Virus record (IMG/VR): IMGVR_UViG_3300045988_012292
Location: 1 to 43,135 of that record
Reading direction: 5' to 3' (one strand)
Length of the DNA stretch: 43,135 nucleotides
From: a virus
The translations under genes and the position numbers were made by a program. The notes below the pieces were generated by a model. That model saw only the letters and a list, made by a program, of their open reading frames with translations. It did no database searches and was not told the origin of the DNA. Below are positions 6,355 through 12,670 of the stretch, piece after piece (the first letter of the stretch is position 1; each line of letters opens with the position of its first letter).

Positions 6355-6498
6355 TTATGCCTCCTTCCGCTCGCACATCAGCTTTGCCGCCGCGGCCACG
6401 CCCTGCATATAGGCGATCATGACCTCGATCTGCTGCGCGTTCATGTGCTTCATCTCGTGCAGCACACCCTCGACTTTCTTCTTCTGTTCTTCCGACAT
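6355..6498 (-). CDS. Small protein, 'EQK...YMQG' paralogue 2 (47 aa)
   Basis: Hand-read: MSEEQKKKVEGVLHEMKHMNAQQIEVMIAYMQGVAAAAKLMCERKEA. SD GAGTGAGGTGAGGG before the ATG 6496-6498. Confidence 0.55.
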   Translation of the reverse strand: MSEEQKKKVEGVLHEMKHMNAQQIEVMIAYMQGVAAAAKLMCERKEA

Positions 6499-6514
6499 AA
6501 CCCTCACCTCACTC

Positions 6515-6543
6515 TTGTCATCCCGCGCCGCCCATGCTATTCT
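6515..6543 (+). promoter_or_regulatory. Sigma70-type promoter (TTGTCA-17-TATTCT, TGc extended -10)
   Basis: Read directly. It is 26/29 identical to the promoter at 7837..7865. It faces the plus-strand ORF 6577..6840. Confidence 0.6.
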
Positions 6544-6576
6544 GATAAGCAGGGGCGATGCGCATTATTTTTGCCT

Positions 6577-6840
6577 ATGGACTTACCAAATCTGAAGCTC
6601 TATTCACCCGAAGATGAATACACCCCATACAAGGAACTGCATATCCTCTGCCAGCACTATCACAAGGCGGAAACCGTCTATTTCCAACTTGTCATCCGTT
6701 CTGCCGAACAGTACGGATATGTGTTTAATGGCTGCGACGATCAGTCCGGCGACCACTTGTGCAAAGAGTGCCGCCGTCTGTCCTGTTCACAGTTTCTTGA
6801 ATCATTCCCGAATCTAAAGCTGCTCCACGCTGTCGATTGA
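6577..6840 (+). CDS. Plus-strand moron, hypothetical 87-aa protein
   Basis: MDLPNLKLYSPEDEY... lies on the opposite strand inside the early operon in a lower-GC patch. It has its own promoter. The SD is weak and the 3' end overlaps 6814..7200 by 27 nt. Confidence 0.5.
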   Translation: MDLPNLKLYSPEDEYTPYKELHILCQHYHKAETVYFQLVIRSAEQYGYVFNGCDDQSGDHLCKECRRLSCSQFLESFPNLKLLHAVD

Positions 6841-7200
6841 CGGCACATCCGAATAAACCTTCTCGACGCAGCGCATCGCCTCTTCAATCGTTTCCAAATA
6901 ACAGTCCTCGCCGTCCGGCCATCCGTCCACCGCAAACTGCCGCATCGCCCCGACGCTGTGATACCCGCGCAGCGTGCGCAGTGAGATCATGCTGTTTGCC
7001 GGATGATCCAGTTCTCCATCGTTTTCCATCGCTTTGAGCAGCGGATCATCGATCCCATGTACCCGGTTCATGCACCCAAGCGCCAGCCGCAGTGCCGCCG
7101 TATAGTTCGGAACCAGTATCGTGCTCTCGCCGAACCGCGTCATTCGCTCGTTGTGTCCGATCAGGCTTGCCAGCAGCTTCGCCTTTTCCAGTTCTGTCAT
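6814..7200 (-). CDS. Hypothetical early protein
   Basis: 128-aa ORF with SD GAGGTGAGAGGGAA before the ATG 7198-7200. Confidence 0.7.
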   Translation of the reverse strand: MTELEKAKLLASLIGHNERMTRFGESTILVPNYTAALRLALGCMNRVHGIDDPLLKAMENDGELDHPANSMISLRTLRGYHSVGAMRQFAVDGWPDGEDCYLETIEEAMRCVEKVYSDVPSIDSVEQL

Positions 7201-7207
7201 TTCCCTC

Positions 7208-7228
7208 TCACCTCACTCGTTTTATTCC
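7208..7228 (-). repeat. Leader repeat (AAAACGAGTGAGGTGA-type SD context), copy at gene 6814..7200
   Basis: tcacctcactcgttttattcc. Related copies are at 6501-6514, 7818-7836 and 8339-8358. Confidence 0.6.
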
Positions 7229-7413
7229 TTTTTACTTCTGACCCGCTCAAACGCAGCGCGCAGTCTTTCTTCCGCGCCCTCCGGTGTCCGTATTCCATTC
7301 AGAACCATCGTCACATACGCGGTCGACACGCCAAGTTCTTTGGCGACCTCCGCCCGGCTGATGTCTGCGTTGTGCATCTCTCCGATGAGTCTGCCCGTCC
7401 ATTCTTCCGGCAT
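7222..7413 (-). CDS. Cro-like small HTH DNA-binding protein (first gene of the minus-strand early series)
   Basis: ISRAEVAKELGVSTAYVTMVLNGIR is an HTH. 63 aa. SD GAAGGAGA. It faces away from the plus-strand regulators. Confidence 0.65.
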   Translation of the reverse strand: MPEEWTGRLIGEMHNADISRAEVAKELGVSTAYVTMVLNGIRTPEGAEERLRAAFERVRSKKE

Positions 7414-7441
7414 TTTACGCTGTCTCCTTCTGTTAATTTTG

Positions 7442-7470
7442 TTGACTTCACTTTGCAGCTATGGTACTCT
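7442..7470 (+). promoter_or_regulatory. Sigma70-type promoter (TTGACT-17-TACTCT)
   Basis: Same hexamers and spacing as the promoter at 8452..8480. It drives the sORF/short-transcript unit. Confidence 0.55.
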
Positions 7471-7511
7471 GTTGTCATGCCCGCTGTGGCAATCTCAAAG
7501 GAGGTGGTCGT

Positions 7512-7568
7512 ATGACCAAACTTTTGACCTTGCCAGTTCCAGACCGGAACCCCGGCGTCATGCGATAG
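7512..7568 (+). CDS. 18-codon sORF (MTKLLTLPVPDRNPGVMR) with a near-perfect SD
   Basis: AAAGGAGGTGG at 7497-7507, with 7 nt between GGAGG and the ATG. Translation is unproven. Confidence 0.35.
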   Translation: MTKLLTLPVPDRNPGVMR

Positions 7569-7765
7569 GGCAAGGGGCAGAGCCATAACTGCCAAAGTGA
7601 AGCGGCGCGCCACAGAAGCATGAGAACCATTCATGTCTGCCATCGTCTTATCCGGTACAGCCACACAGGAACATACCCTGTATAAAAAATGGGCCGTATC
7701 ACCACATGAAGAATGTGGGGCGTGGCGGTGCAGCGCGTTCTGGTAAAAAAACATGGAGGGAAATG

Positions 7766-7800
7766 CACGTATGATGGTTCCATGCGTGTGTTTTCTTTTT
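7766..7800 (+). terminator. Rho-independent terminator
   Basis: cacgtatg / catgcgtg 8-bp stem (one G-U), 7-nt loop, then tgttttcttttt. Confidence 0.6.
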
Positions 7801-7817
7801 CCCCGCACGTTCTTCTC

Positions 7818-7836
7818 TTATCACTCGTTTTATTCC
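7818..7836 (-). repeat. Leader repeat, degenerate copy abutting promoter 7837..7865
   Basis: ttatcactcgttttattcc. The SD part is degraded (GAGTGATAAG). Confidence 0.5.
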
Positions 7837-7865
7837 TTGCCATCCCGCGCCGCCCGTGCTATGCT
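7837..7865 (+). promoter_or_regulatory. Sigma70-type promoter (TTGCCA-17-TATGCT, TGc extended -10)
   Basis: Near-identical copy of 6515..6543. It sits 29 nt upstream of the ATG 7894. Confidence 0.6.
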
Positions 7866-7893
7866 TGTCTCAGCAATCGAAAGGAGCGCCGTC

Positions 7894-8325
7894 ATGTACT
7901 CTGCTTTTTATGAAATTCTATCCTTTGTCCGTGGCTGCGGTTCTGTCCAGCGCGTTTCCATCTGGAATCGCTTCGGCGTTCCAGACCAGCCAGAGACCGA
8001 GGACTCGATCAATACGCTCGTCTCTCGCGGTTGGCTGCGCTGCAAGAAGGGTAGCTCCCGCTATCTCGATGAGCTGACCGTCACCGCACTCGGCCTTGAA
8101 CAGCTAGATATGGCGGACAAAGAGCGCCGTAAATCCGCAAAGCGCCAGCGCGACAAGGAATCCACGGAATCCAAGCGCATGAAGGAACGCACTGAGGATC
8201 GTTCCGATGCCGAGCGTCGCTACCGAACGCAGAATAAGATCGCGATAATAATGCCGCTCGTCACGTTTGCGCTCGGCGTCCTCGTCGAATACTTCTTCCG
8301 CATCATCGAATTCTTCTTTTCCTGA
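7894..8325 (+). CDS. Plus-strand lysogeny-region protein, winged-helix-like N-terminus and C-terminal TM helix
   Basis: SD GAAAGGAG. MYSAFYEILSFVRGCGSVQRV...SRGWLRCKKG, a K/R/E-rich linker, then IAIIMPLVTFALGVLVEYFF. By hand count, third-position GC is higher than for the antisense ORF. Confidence 0.6.
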   Translation: MYSAFYEILSFVRGCGSVQRVSIWNRFGVPDQPETEDSINTLVSRGWLRCKKGSSRYLDELTVTALGLEQLDMADKERRKSAKRQRDKESTESKRMKERTEDRSDAERRYRTQNKIAIIMPLVTFALGVLVEYFFRIIEFFFS

Positions 8326-8338
8326 CCACATTTCGTCC

Positions 8339-8358
8339 TCACCTCACTCGTTTTGTTG
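8339..8358 (-). repeat. Leader repeat copy just beyond the stop of plus-strand gene 7894..8325
   Basis: tcacctcactcgttttgttg. It provides the SD for the probably spurious antisense ORF 8104..8331. Confidence 0.55.
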
Positions 8359-8451
8359 TCTCGAAAACATTCATTGTTGTTTTCGTAAACACAACGTATC
8401 ATAAATGTTTGTTTTTGTCAATACTAATTTTTCGCATTTTTCAAATTTATG

Positions 8452-8480
8452 TTGACTGTATAAACTTTTTGTGCTACTCT
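8452..8480 (+). promoter_or_regulatory. Sigma70-type promoter (TTGACT-17-TACTCT, TGc extended -10) for the XRE regulator
   Basis: Lies in the AT-rich 8332-8510 intergenic region, 31 nt upstream of the ATG 8511. Confidence 0.55.
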
Positions 8481-8510
8481 ACAAATGCAAAAACAGGAGG
8501 TGAGAAAAAA

Positions 8511-8876
8511 ATGGGAGATCGAATTAAGCAGATTCGCCTTTCCGCCAAACTGACACAGCAGCAATTTGCCGACCAGCTCGGACTTTCCAGAAACTTTATT
8601 GCCGTAATTGAAACCAGTGACCGCAAACCTAGTGACCGCACCATCTCTGACATCTGCCGCGTATTCGGTGTGTCCGAAGCGTGGCTGCGCGACGGCACGG
8701 AGCCGATGTACGTCCAGCGCAGTGAAAACGAGCGTATGGCCATGCTGTTCAACGACGTGCTGGCCGAAGCCGATGAATCCACCCGCAAGCGCGGCATCGC
8801 CGCCGCCCTCGATATGCCCCCGGAGTTTTGGGACAACATTCTCGAATACGCAAAAAAAATCACCGGAAGCGGTTGA
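8511..8876 (+). CDS. XRE-family HTH transcriptional regulator (candidate CI-like repressor)
   Basis: MGDRIKQIRLSAKLTQQQFADQLGLSRNFIAVIETSDRKPS is a classic XRE HTH. SD AGGAGGTGA. Confidence 0.8.
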   Translation: MGDRIKQIRLSAKLTQQQFADQLGLSRNFIAVIETSDRKPSDRTISDICRVFGVSEAWLRDGTEPMYVQRSENERMAMLFNDVLAEADESTRKRGIAAALDMPPEFWDNILEYAKKITGSG

Positions 8877-8895
8877 CCCGCTCCCGGTGATTTTT
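8861..8895 (+). terminator. Rho-independent terminator
   Basis: caccggaagcgg / ccgctcccggtg 12-bp stem (1 mismatch), then ttttt. It overlaps the XRE stop codon. Confidence 0.6.
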
Positions 8896-8914
8896 ACAAA
8901 AATGCTCATAGCTC

Positions 8915-8943
8915 TTGACGATTCTGTGATTCTTTTGTATTCT
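8915..8943 (+). promoter_or_regulatory. Sigma70-type promoter (TTGACG-17-TATTCT)
   Basis: Read directly, 21 nt upstream of the ATG 8964. Confidence 0.55.
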
Positions 8944-8963
8944 GAAATAAAGGAGGTATCAGT

Positions 8964-9485
8964 ATGAGCAGATTTTTTAAGAAATTATTGGAAGTGCATA
9001 CAGATCGCTGGCGATATATGTTTGGTGTCGGTTCATTCTGGTCTATCTTCATCCCGCTCATAATCGTCGCCGCCCTCGTTGCGAATATGATTATGACATC
9101 TAAGCACCAATATACTTCCGATGATTTGAGTGAAAGCTATTCAGAAGGATATAACAAAGCTTGCGATGAACATGCCAGTGATTATGACGAAGGTTATAAC
9201 TCCGGTTATGATGACAGTTTCGAAGAAACTTGGGACATCGCCTATGACGAAGGATATTCTGCGGCAGAATCCGATACTGAACAAGCAGTATATCGCGCTT
9301 TTGATGAAGGTTTTTCTGAAGGTCATCATATTGGGTGGAAAAACGCAACAGAGCATTATGGTATAACAGAGCGTCTCGGTTCAGATGCTCTCGCAGAATA
9401 TGAAACCAGCCTTATCAGCAAAGATGAATTTCTCGCTGGCGTTGATGCTCTAAAAGAAATTCGTTCTTCTCGTAAATCCGACTAG
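8964..9485 (+). CDS. Low-GC moron: N-terminally membrane-anchored acidic protein with (D/E)EGY(N/S) repeats
   Basis: SD AAAGGAGG. TM helix FWSIFIPLIIVAALVANMIM. Repeats are SEGYNK, DEGYNSGYDD, DEGYSAAE and DEGFSEG. It is clearly AT-richer than its surroundings. Confidence 0.75.
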   Translation: MSRFFKKLLEVHTDRWRYMFGVGSFWSIFIPLIIVAALVANMIMTSKHQYTSDDLSESYSEGYNKACDEHASDYDEGYNSGYDDSFEETWDIAYDEGYSAAESDTEQAVYRAFDEGFSEGHHIGWKNATEHYGITERLGSDALAEYETSLISKDEFLAGVDALKEIRSSRKSD

Positions 9486-9486
9486 C

Positions 9487-9525
9487 AAAAACGCCCGAAG
9501 CGGTGATTCGCTCCGGGCGTTTATT
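9487..9525. terminator. Bidirectional rho-independent terminator
   Basis: acgcccgaagcg / cgctccgggcgt stem flanked by aaaa and ttt. It lies between convergent genes 8964..9485 (+) and 9521..9637 (-). Confidence 0.55.
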
Positions 9526-9637
9526 CTGACTTCACGATGTTCCGCATAAACCCAACAATGATGTACTTCTGCTCCGGCGTGGCCTGTTCCCATAGCTTCT
9601 GCATTTCCTCGTCTACGGTTTTCGACATTTTTTCCAT
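9521..9637 (-). CDS. Small protein, 'EQK...FMRN' paralogue 3 (38 aa)
   Basis: Hand-read: MEKMSKTVDEEMQKLWEQATPEQKYIIVGFMRNIVKSE. GAAGGA lies upstream. It is isolated on the minus strand in the lysogeny region. Confidence 0.4.
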   Translation of the reverse strand: MEKMSKTVDEEMQKLWEQATPEQKYIIVGFMRNIVKSE

Positions 9638-9693
9638 TCCTTCGCCTTTCTCTTTCCAAAAAATATGGTCGTTTTTTTGTGCAACATCCTAAC

Positions 9694-9722
9694 TTGAATC
9701 GTTTCCAGATTCGTCCTATACT
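9694..9722 (+). promoter_or_regulatory. Sigma70-type promoter (TTGAAT-17-TATACT) for the XRE-TM / integrase operon
   Basis: Read directly. It is followed by a ~170-nt leader. Confidence 0.6.
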
Positions 9723-9740
9723 GGAAGTATCAAGAGATGC

Positions 9741-9772
9741 CCCGCCGCCATGTTCCCGGCGGCGGGACTTTT
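9741..9772 (+). terminator. Leader hairpin with U-tract (possible attenuator) upstream of the integrase operon
   Basis: cccgccgcc / ggcggcggg 9-bp GC stem, then acttttgg. A second 8-bp hairpin (ctgcaagc/gcttgcag) follows at ~9778-9805. Confidence 0.4.
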
Positions 9773-9900
9773 GGCCGCTGCAAGCGTGTGGGAGCTGCTT
9801 GCAGGTTTAGCCTACCACGAACGCACCAAATTTGTCGACCATCGGCCATGGGTTTCTTCATCCATGTCCGTTGGGAAATTCAAGAAAGGAAAGGATCGCC

Positions 9901-10344
9901 TTGAAACAACAACTTTGGGAAGTATGCCGCGACAAGAAAGATTCCGCAAATCCGCGTATCACCAACCAGCAGCTGGCCGAACGATCCGGCCTGTCCCAGA
10001 ACGCCGTCGGGCAATATCTCCGCGGCGAAACGCCGAACGCGCCGCTCTCCACGTTTGGCCCGATCTGTAAAATGCTTGGCGTCTCCGTCGACGAATACCT
10101 CGGGATCGAGCATCCCGCTCCTGCTTCTGACGCTTTGCAGGCCGTCCGCTTGGAGTGCGACCACTACAAGCGTGAGATCGAGCTGTATAAACGCTCCCTT
10201 CGCACGCACCGCATCGTCACTCTCATCCTCGTTCCCATCCTCGCCCTTGTCGTGATCTCGTTGGTCATCGATCTCCTCAACCCCTATGTCGGCTGGATTC
10301 GCGATACCATGTCCATTTTACGGGAGGTTTCCGTCTATGCCTGA
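9901..10344 (+). CDS. XRE-family HTH regulator with C-terminal transmembrane anchor
   Basis: TTG start with AAAGGAAAGGA upstream. HTH ITNQQLAERSGLSQNAVGQYLRGE, then a coiled segment, then TM IVTLILVPILALVVISLVIDLL. It overlaps the integrase start. Confidence 0.7.
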   Translation: MKQQLWEVCRDKKDSANPRITNQQLAERSGLSQNAVGQYLRGETPNAPLSTFGPICKMLGVSVDEYLGIEHPAPASDALQAVRLECDHYKREIELYKRSLRTHRIVTLILVPILALVVISLVIDLLNPYVGWIRDTMSILREVSVYA

Positions 10345-11782
10345 ACCACGCATTGCAGCCGCCTATATCCGCGTCTCAACCGATGACCAGATGGAGCTGT
10401 CCCCGGATTCCCAGATGGAGAAGATCCGGGAATACGCCGCGAAGAACGGCCTGCTCCTGCTCTCGGAATACATCTTCCACGACGACGGCATTTCCGGCCG
10501 GGCTGCCGAAAAGCGCCCCGGCTTCCAACAGATGATCGCCACCGCCAAAGACCCGTCCCATCCGTTTGATGTCATCATCGTCTGGAAGTTCTCCCGCTTT
10601 GCCCGCAATCAGGAGGAATCCATTTTCTATAAATCCATCCTGCGCAGCAAGTGCAAGGTCGATGTGGTGTCCGTCTCCGAGCCGCTGATCGCTGGCCCCT
10701 TCGGCAGCCTGATCGAGCGGATCATCGAATGGATGGACGAATTCTATTCCGTCCGCCTTGCGGAGGAAGTCAAGCGCTCCATGACCGTCAATGCAAAGAA
10801 TGGCACCCTGCAAGCTACACCATCCTTCGGCTACCGCGTAGAAAACCGGCAACTGGTCATCGTCCCGGAAGAAGCCGAGATCATCCGGGAGATCTTCCGG
10901 CGCTTCATCTCCGGTGATGCCATGTTTCGCATCGCGAAAGATCTGAGTTCGCGTGGCATCCGCACGCACCGTGGGAATCCCTTTGAAAACCGTACCATTG
11001 ATTATATTCTGAATAACCCCGTCTACCTCGGCAAGCTCCGCTGGACGCCGACCGGCAGGACACACCGAAATTTCAAGAACGAGGACAGCATCATCGCCGA
11101 CGCGCTGCACGAACCGATCATCGATGCCGAAACGTGGGACGCGGCGCAGGCTCGCTGTGCCGAACTAAAAAAATCCTATAAGCGCTACGGCAAGCCTTCC
11201 TCTGAGCGCAAGCACTGGCTGTGCGGTGTTGTCCGCTGCTCTACCTGCGGCGCGACGCTCATTTGGGCAAGTCCGCATTTTATGAAATGTAACAACTATG
11301 CGCACGGACGCTGCACGACCACCCAGCATATCGCCGTCGAGGCACTGGAAGAATCCTTCCTTGCCCAGCTTCAGCACGATTTGACGTTCGCGGAGTCTGT
11401 CGCTTGCGTTGTTCAAGCCGCAAAACCCGCTCATTCCGACCAGCGCTTGCAGCAGCAGCGTGCCCGTATCGTCTCCCGTATTGATCGCCTGCGTGAATCT
11501 TACTTAGACGGCGTCGAGACGCTGGAAACCTATAAAGCCGCCCGGCAGCAAATGCAAGCGCAGCTTGACGACCTCGACGCGCAAATTGCCGAATCCGCAG
11601 CCGTCCCCGTCGTCGATGCCGCCGCGCTGCTTCGAAATGCCATCGCCGCCGTCCTCGAAACGCTCCGTAGCCCAACAGCCACCGTTGCGCAAAAGTACGA
11701 ATCCGCCATGTCCATCATCGACCGCTGCACGTTCGACAAATCCCAGATGCTCCTCGCGATCTCTTATAAATTCATTTTCTGA
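10337..11782 (+). CDS. int: Large serine recombinase (phage integrase)
   Basis: AAAYIRVSTDDQ catalytic-serine motif, resolvase-like N-domain, recombinase domain, Cys cluster CGVVRCSTCGATL..MKCNNYAHGRC and a C-terminal coiled coil. SD GGGAGG. Confidence 0.9.
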   Translation: MPEPRIAAAYIRVSTDDQMELSPDSQMEKIREYAAKNGLLLLSEYIFHDDGISGRAAEKRPGFQQMIATAKDPSHPFDVIIVWKFSRFARNQEESIFYKSILRSKCKVDVVSVSEPLIAGPFGSLIERIIEWMDEFYSVRLAEEVKRSMTVNAKNGTLQATPSFGYRVENRQLVIVPEEAEIIREIFRRFISGDAMFRIAKDLSSRGIRTHRGNPFENRTIDYILNNPVYLGKLRWTPTGRTHRNFKNEDSIIADALHEPIIDAETWDAAQARCAELKKSYKRYGKPSSERKHWLCGVVRCSTCGATLIWASPHFMKCNNYAHGRCTTTQHIAVEALEESFLAQLQHDLTFAESVACVVQAAKPAHSDQRLQQQRARIVSRIDRLRESYLDGVETLETYKAARQQMQAQLDDLDAQIAESAAVPVVDAAALLRNAIAAVLETLRSPTATVAQKYESAMSIIDRCTFDKSQMLLAISYKFIF

Positions 11783-11789
11783 TGCCTTA

Positions 11790-11837
11790 ATTGTAGCAAG
11801 ATGGAGTATGGCCCACCATACTCCATCTTGCTACAAT
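11790..11837. promoter_or_regulatory. Perfect 22-bp inverted repeat with 4-nt asymmetric centre (candidate attP core; alternatively a terminator hairpin)
   Basis: attgtagcaagatggagtatgg-ccca-ccatactccatcttgctacaat lies immediately after the integrase stop. There is no U-tract on either side. Confidence 0.4.
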
Positions 11838-11845
11838 ATTTGAAA

Positions 11846-12307
11846 TCACTTTCTCAGCACAATCCCATGATAATACCCGGCCATCTTCGCCTCCGCCCCT
11901 CCGGCATCCTTATCCATGAGAAACGCTTTTGCAAGGTCGGCATAGAATTCTGGCCGGTCGAGGCCGTATTTCGCCGCCACGGAATAATAATCCGAGTACA
12001 TCATGTTCATTGCCGCCCACCAGATGCAGGACTTCGCATGAACACCTGTGATGTTGGCCACAGCGTCCGTCTGCTCCATTGTCCAGCGTGCGCCGGTCGT
12101 GCCGTCCTCGTTCTCCATGTGCGATACCCACTTTTCAGCGTCCTCGCGGGTGAATTCTGTGTCCTCTCCATCCTCGTGACTCCCCATCTTGTGCAGCGCA
12201 CAAATGGCATCCGCGTACACCGTGATTTCTTCCGCACGGCCAAGCGTCGCCGGGAGCTCCATGATCTCATGCAGTTGCCGTTTCAGTTCTTCAATATAAT
12301 GTTTCAT
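11846..12307 (-). CDS. Hypothetical accessory protein (cargo operon gene 3)
   Basis: 153 aa: ..EDAEKWVSHMENEDGTTGARWTMEQTDAV..NMMYSDYYSVAAKYG..FYADLAKAFLMDKDA. This looks like a recurrent Firmicute prophage protein type of unknown function. Confidence 0.7.
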   Translation of the reverse strand: MKHYIEELKRQLHEIMELPATLGRAEEITVYADAICALHKMGSHEDGEDTEFTREDAEKWVSHMENEDGTTGARWTMEQTDAVANITGVHAKSCIWWAAMNMMYSDYYSVAAKYGLDRPEFYADLAKAFLMDKDAGGAEAKMAGYYHGIVLRK

Positions 12308-12308
12308 C

Positions 12309-12647
12309 TCATGCCTCCTGAATGTATTTGTAAAGCCGGTCGACGTCGTTCACGTCAAATTTGAGTTCTCCAATGATCGGAATGTCCCACGGGATCTTCT
12401 TGCCGTCCACGCGCGTCCTCGCGGCGTTGTAGAGCCGGTCAAGGTCGATGTTTCCCTCCTCATCCATAATGCCCATCATCTTCACCGCCGGATGATCCTT
12501 TAGCGCGAGAATGCGGTTTTTGCCGCCGTCCAGGATGAGCGCCAGCGCGATCCCGGCTCCAATGCCCTTTCCGGTTGGCAGGTGCGGGATGATCTCATTG
12601 TCGGCATACTGCGCCACGCCGCGCATGGCCTGATCTATCGTCACCAT
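12309..12647 (-). CDS. Hypothetical accessory protein (cargo operon gene 2)
   Basis: 112-aa ORF 1 nt from the next gene. It has a Gly-rich hydrophobic patch, GKGIGAGIALALILDGG. Confidence 0.7.
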   Translation of the reverse strand: MVTIDQAMRGVAQYADNEIIPHLPTGKGIGAGIALALILDGGKNRILALKDHPAVKMMGIMDEEGNIDLDRLYNAARTRVDGKKIPWDIPIIGELKFDVNDVDRLYKYIQEA

Positions 12648-12670
12648 AAGGTTACCTCCATTTTTAAGGT

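Larger units (their letters stand above)
7477..7800 (+). ncRNA. Candidate ~320-nt short transcript (sORF plus ~230-nt untranslated tail)
   Basis: Bounded by promoter 7442..7470 and intrinsic terminator 7766..7800. Only the 18-codon ORF is inside it. Confidence 0.3.

Noticed and set aside
7311-7808. A 165-aa minus-strand ORF spanning the non-coding immunity region and running into the Cro-like gene in another frame.
   Set aside because: It has a GTG start behind a degenerate leader copy. The sequence is compositionally odd (His/Cys/Thr-rich, no motifs). It overlaps a well-supported HTH gene out of frame and crosses a plus-strand promoter, sORF and terminator.
8104-8331. A 75-aa minus-strand ORF with a strong SD (GAGGTGAGGACGAA-ATG) and two hydrophobic segments, fully antisense to plus-strand gene 7894..8325.
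   Set aside because: The SD is simply a copy of the recurring leader repeat. By hand count, third-position GC is ~71% for the plus frame versus ~55% for this ORF. The plus gene has its own promoter and SD. It is kept only as a note, because true antisense gene pairs cannot be excluded without expression data.
9750-10070. A 106-aa plus-strand ORF starting inside the integrase-operon leader.
   Set aside because: Its ATG lies in the loop of the leader hairpin and has no SD. It overlaps the XRE-TM gene out of frame, and its translation is Arg/Pro/Ala-rich.
10376-11110. A 244-aa minus-strand ORF inside the integrase gene.
   Set aside because: It is antisense to a serine recombinase with unambiguous motifs. 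Its composition is low-complexity and Gly/Asp/Ala-rich.
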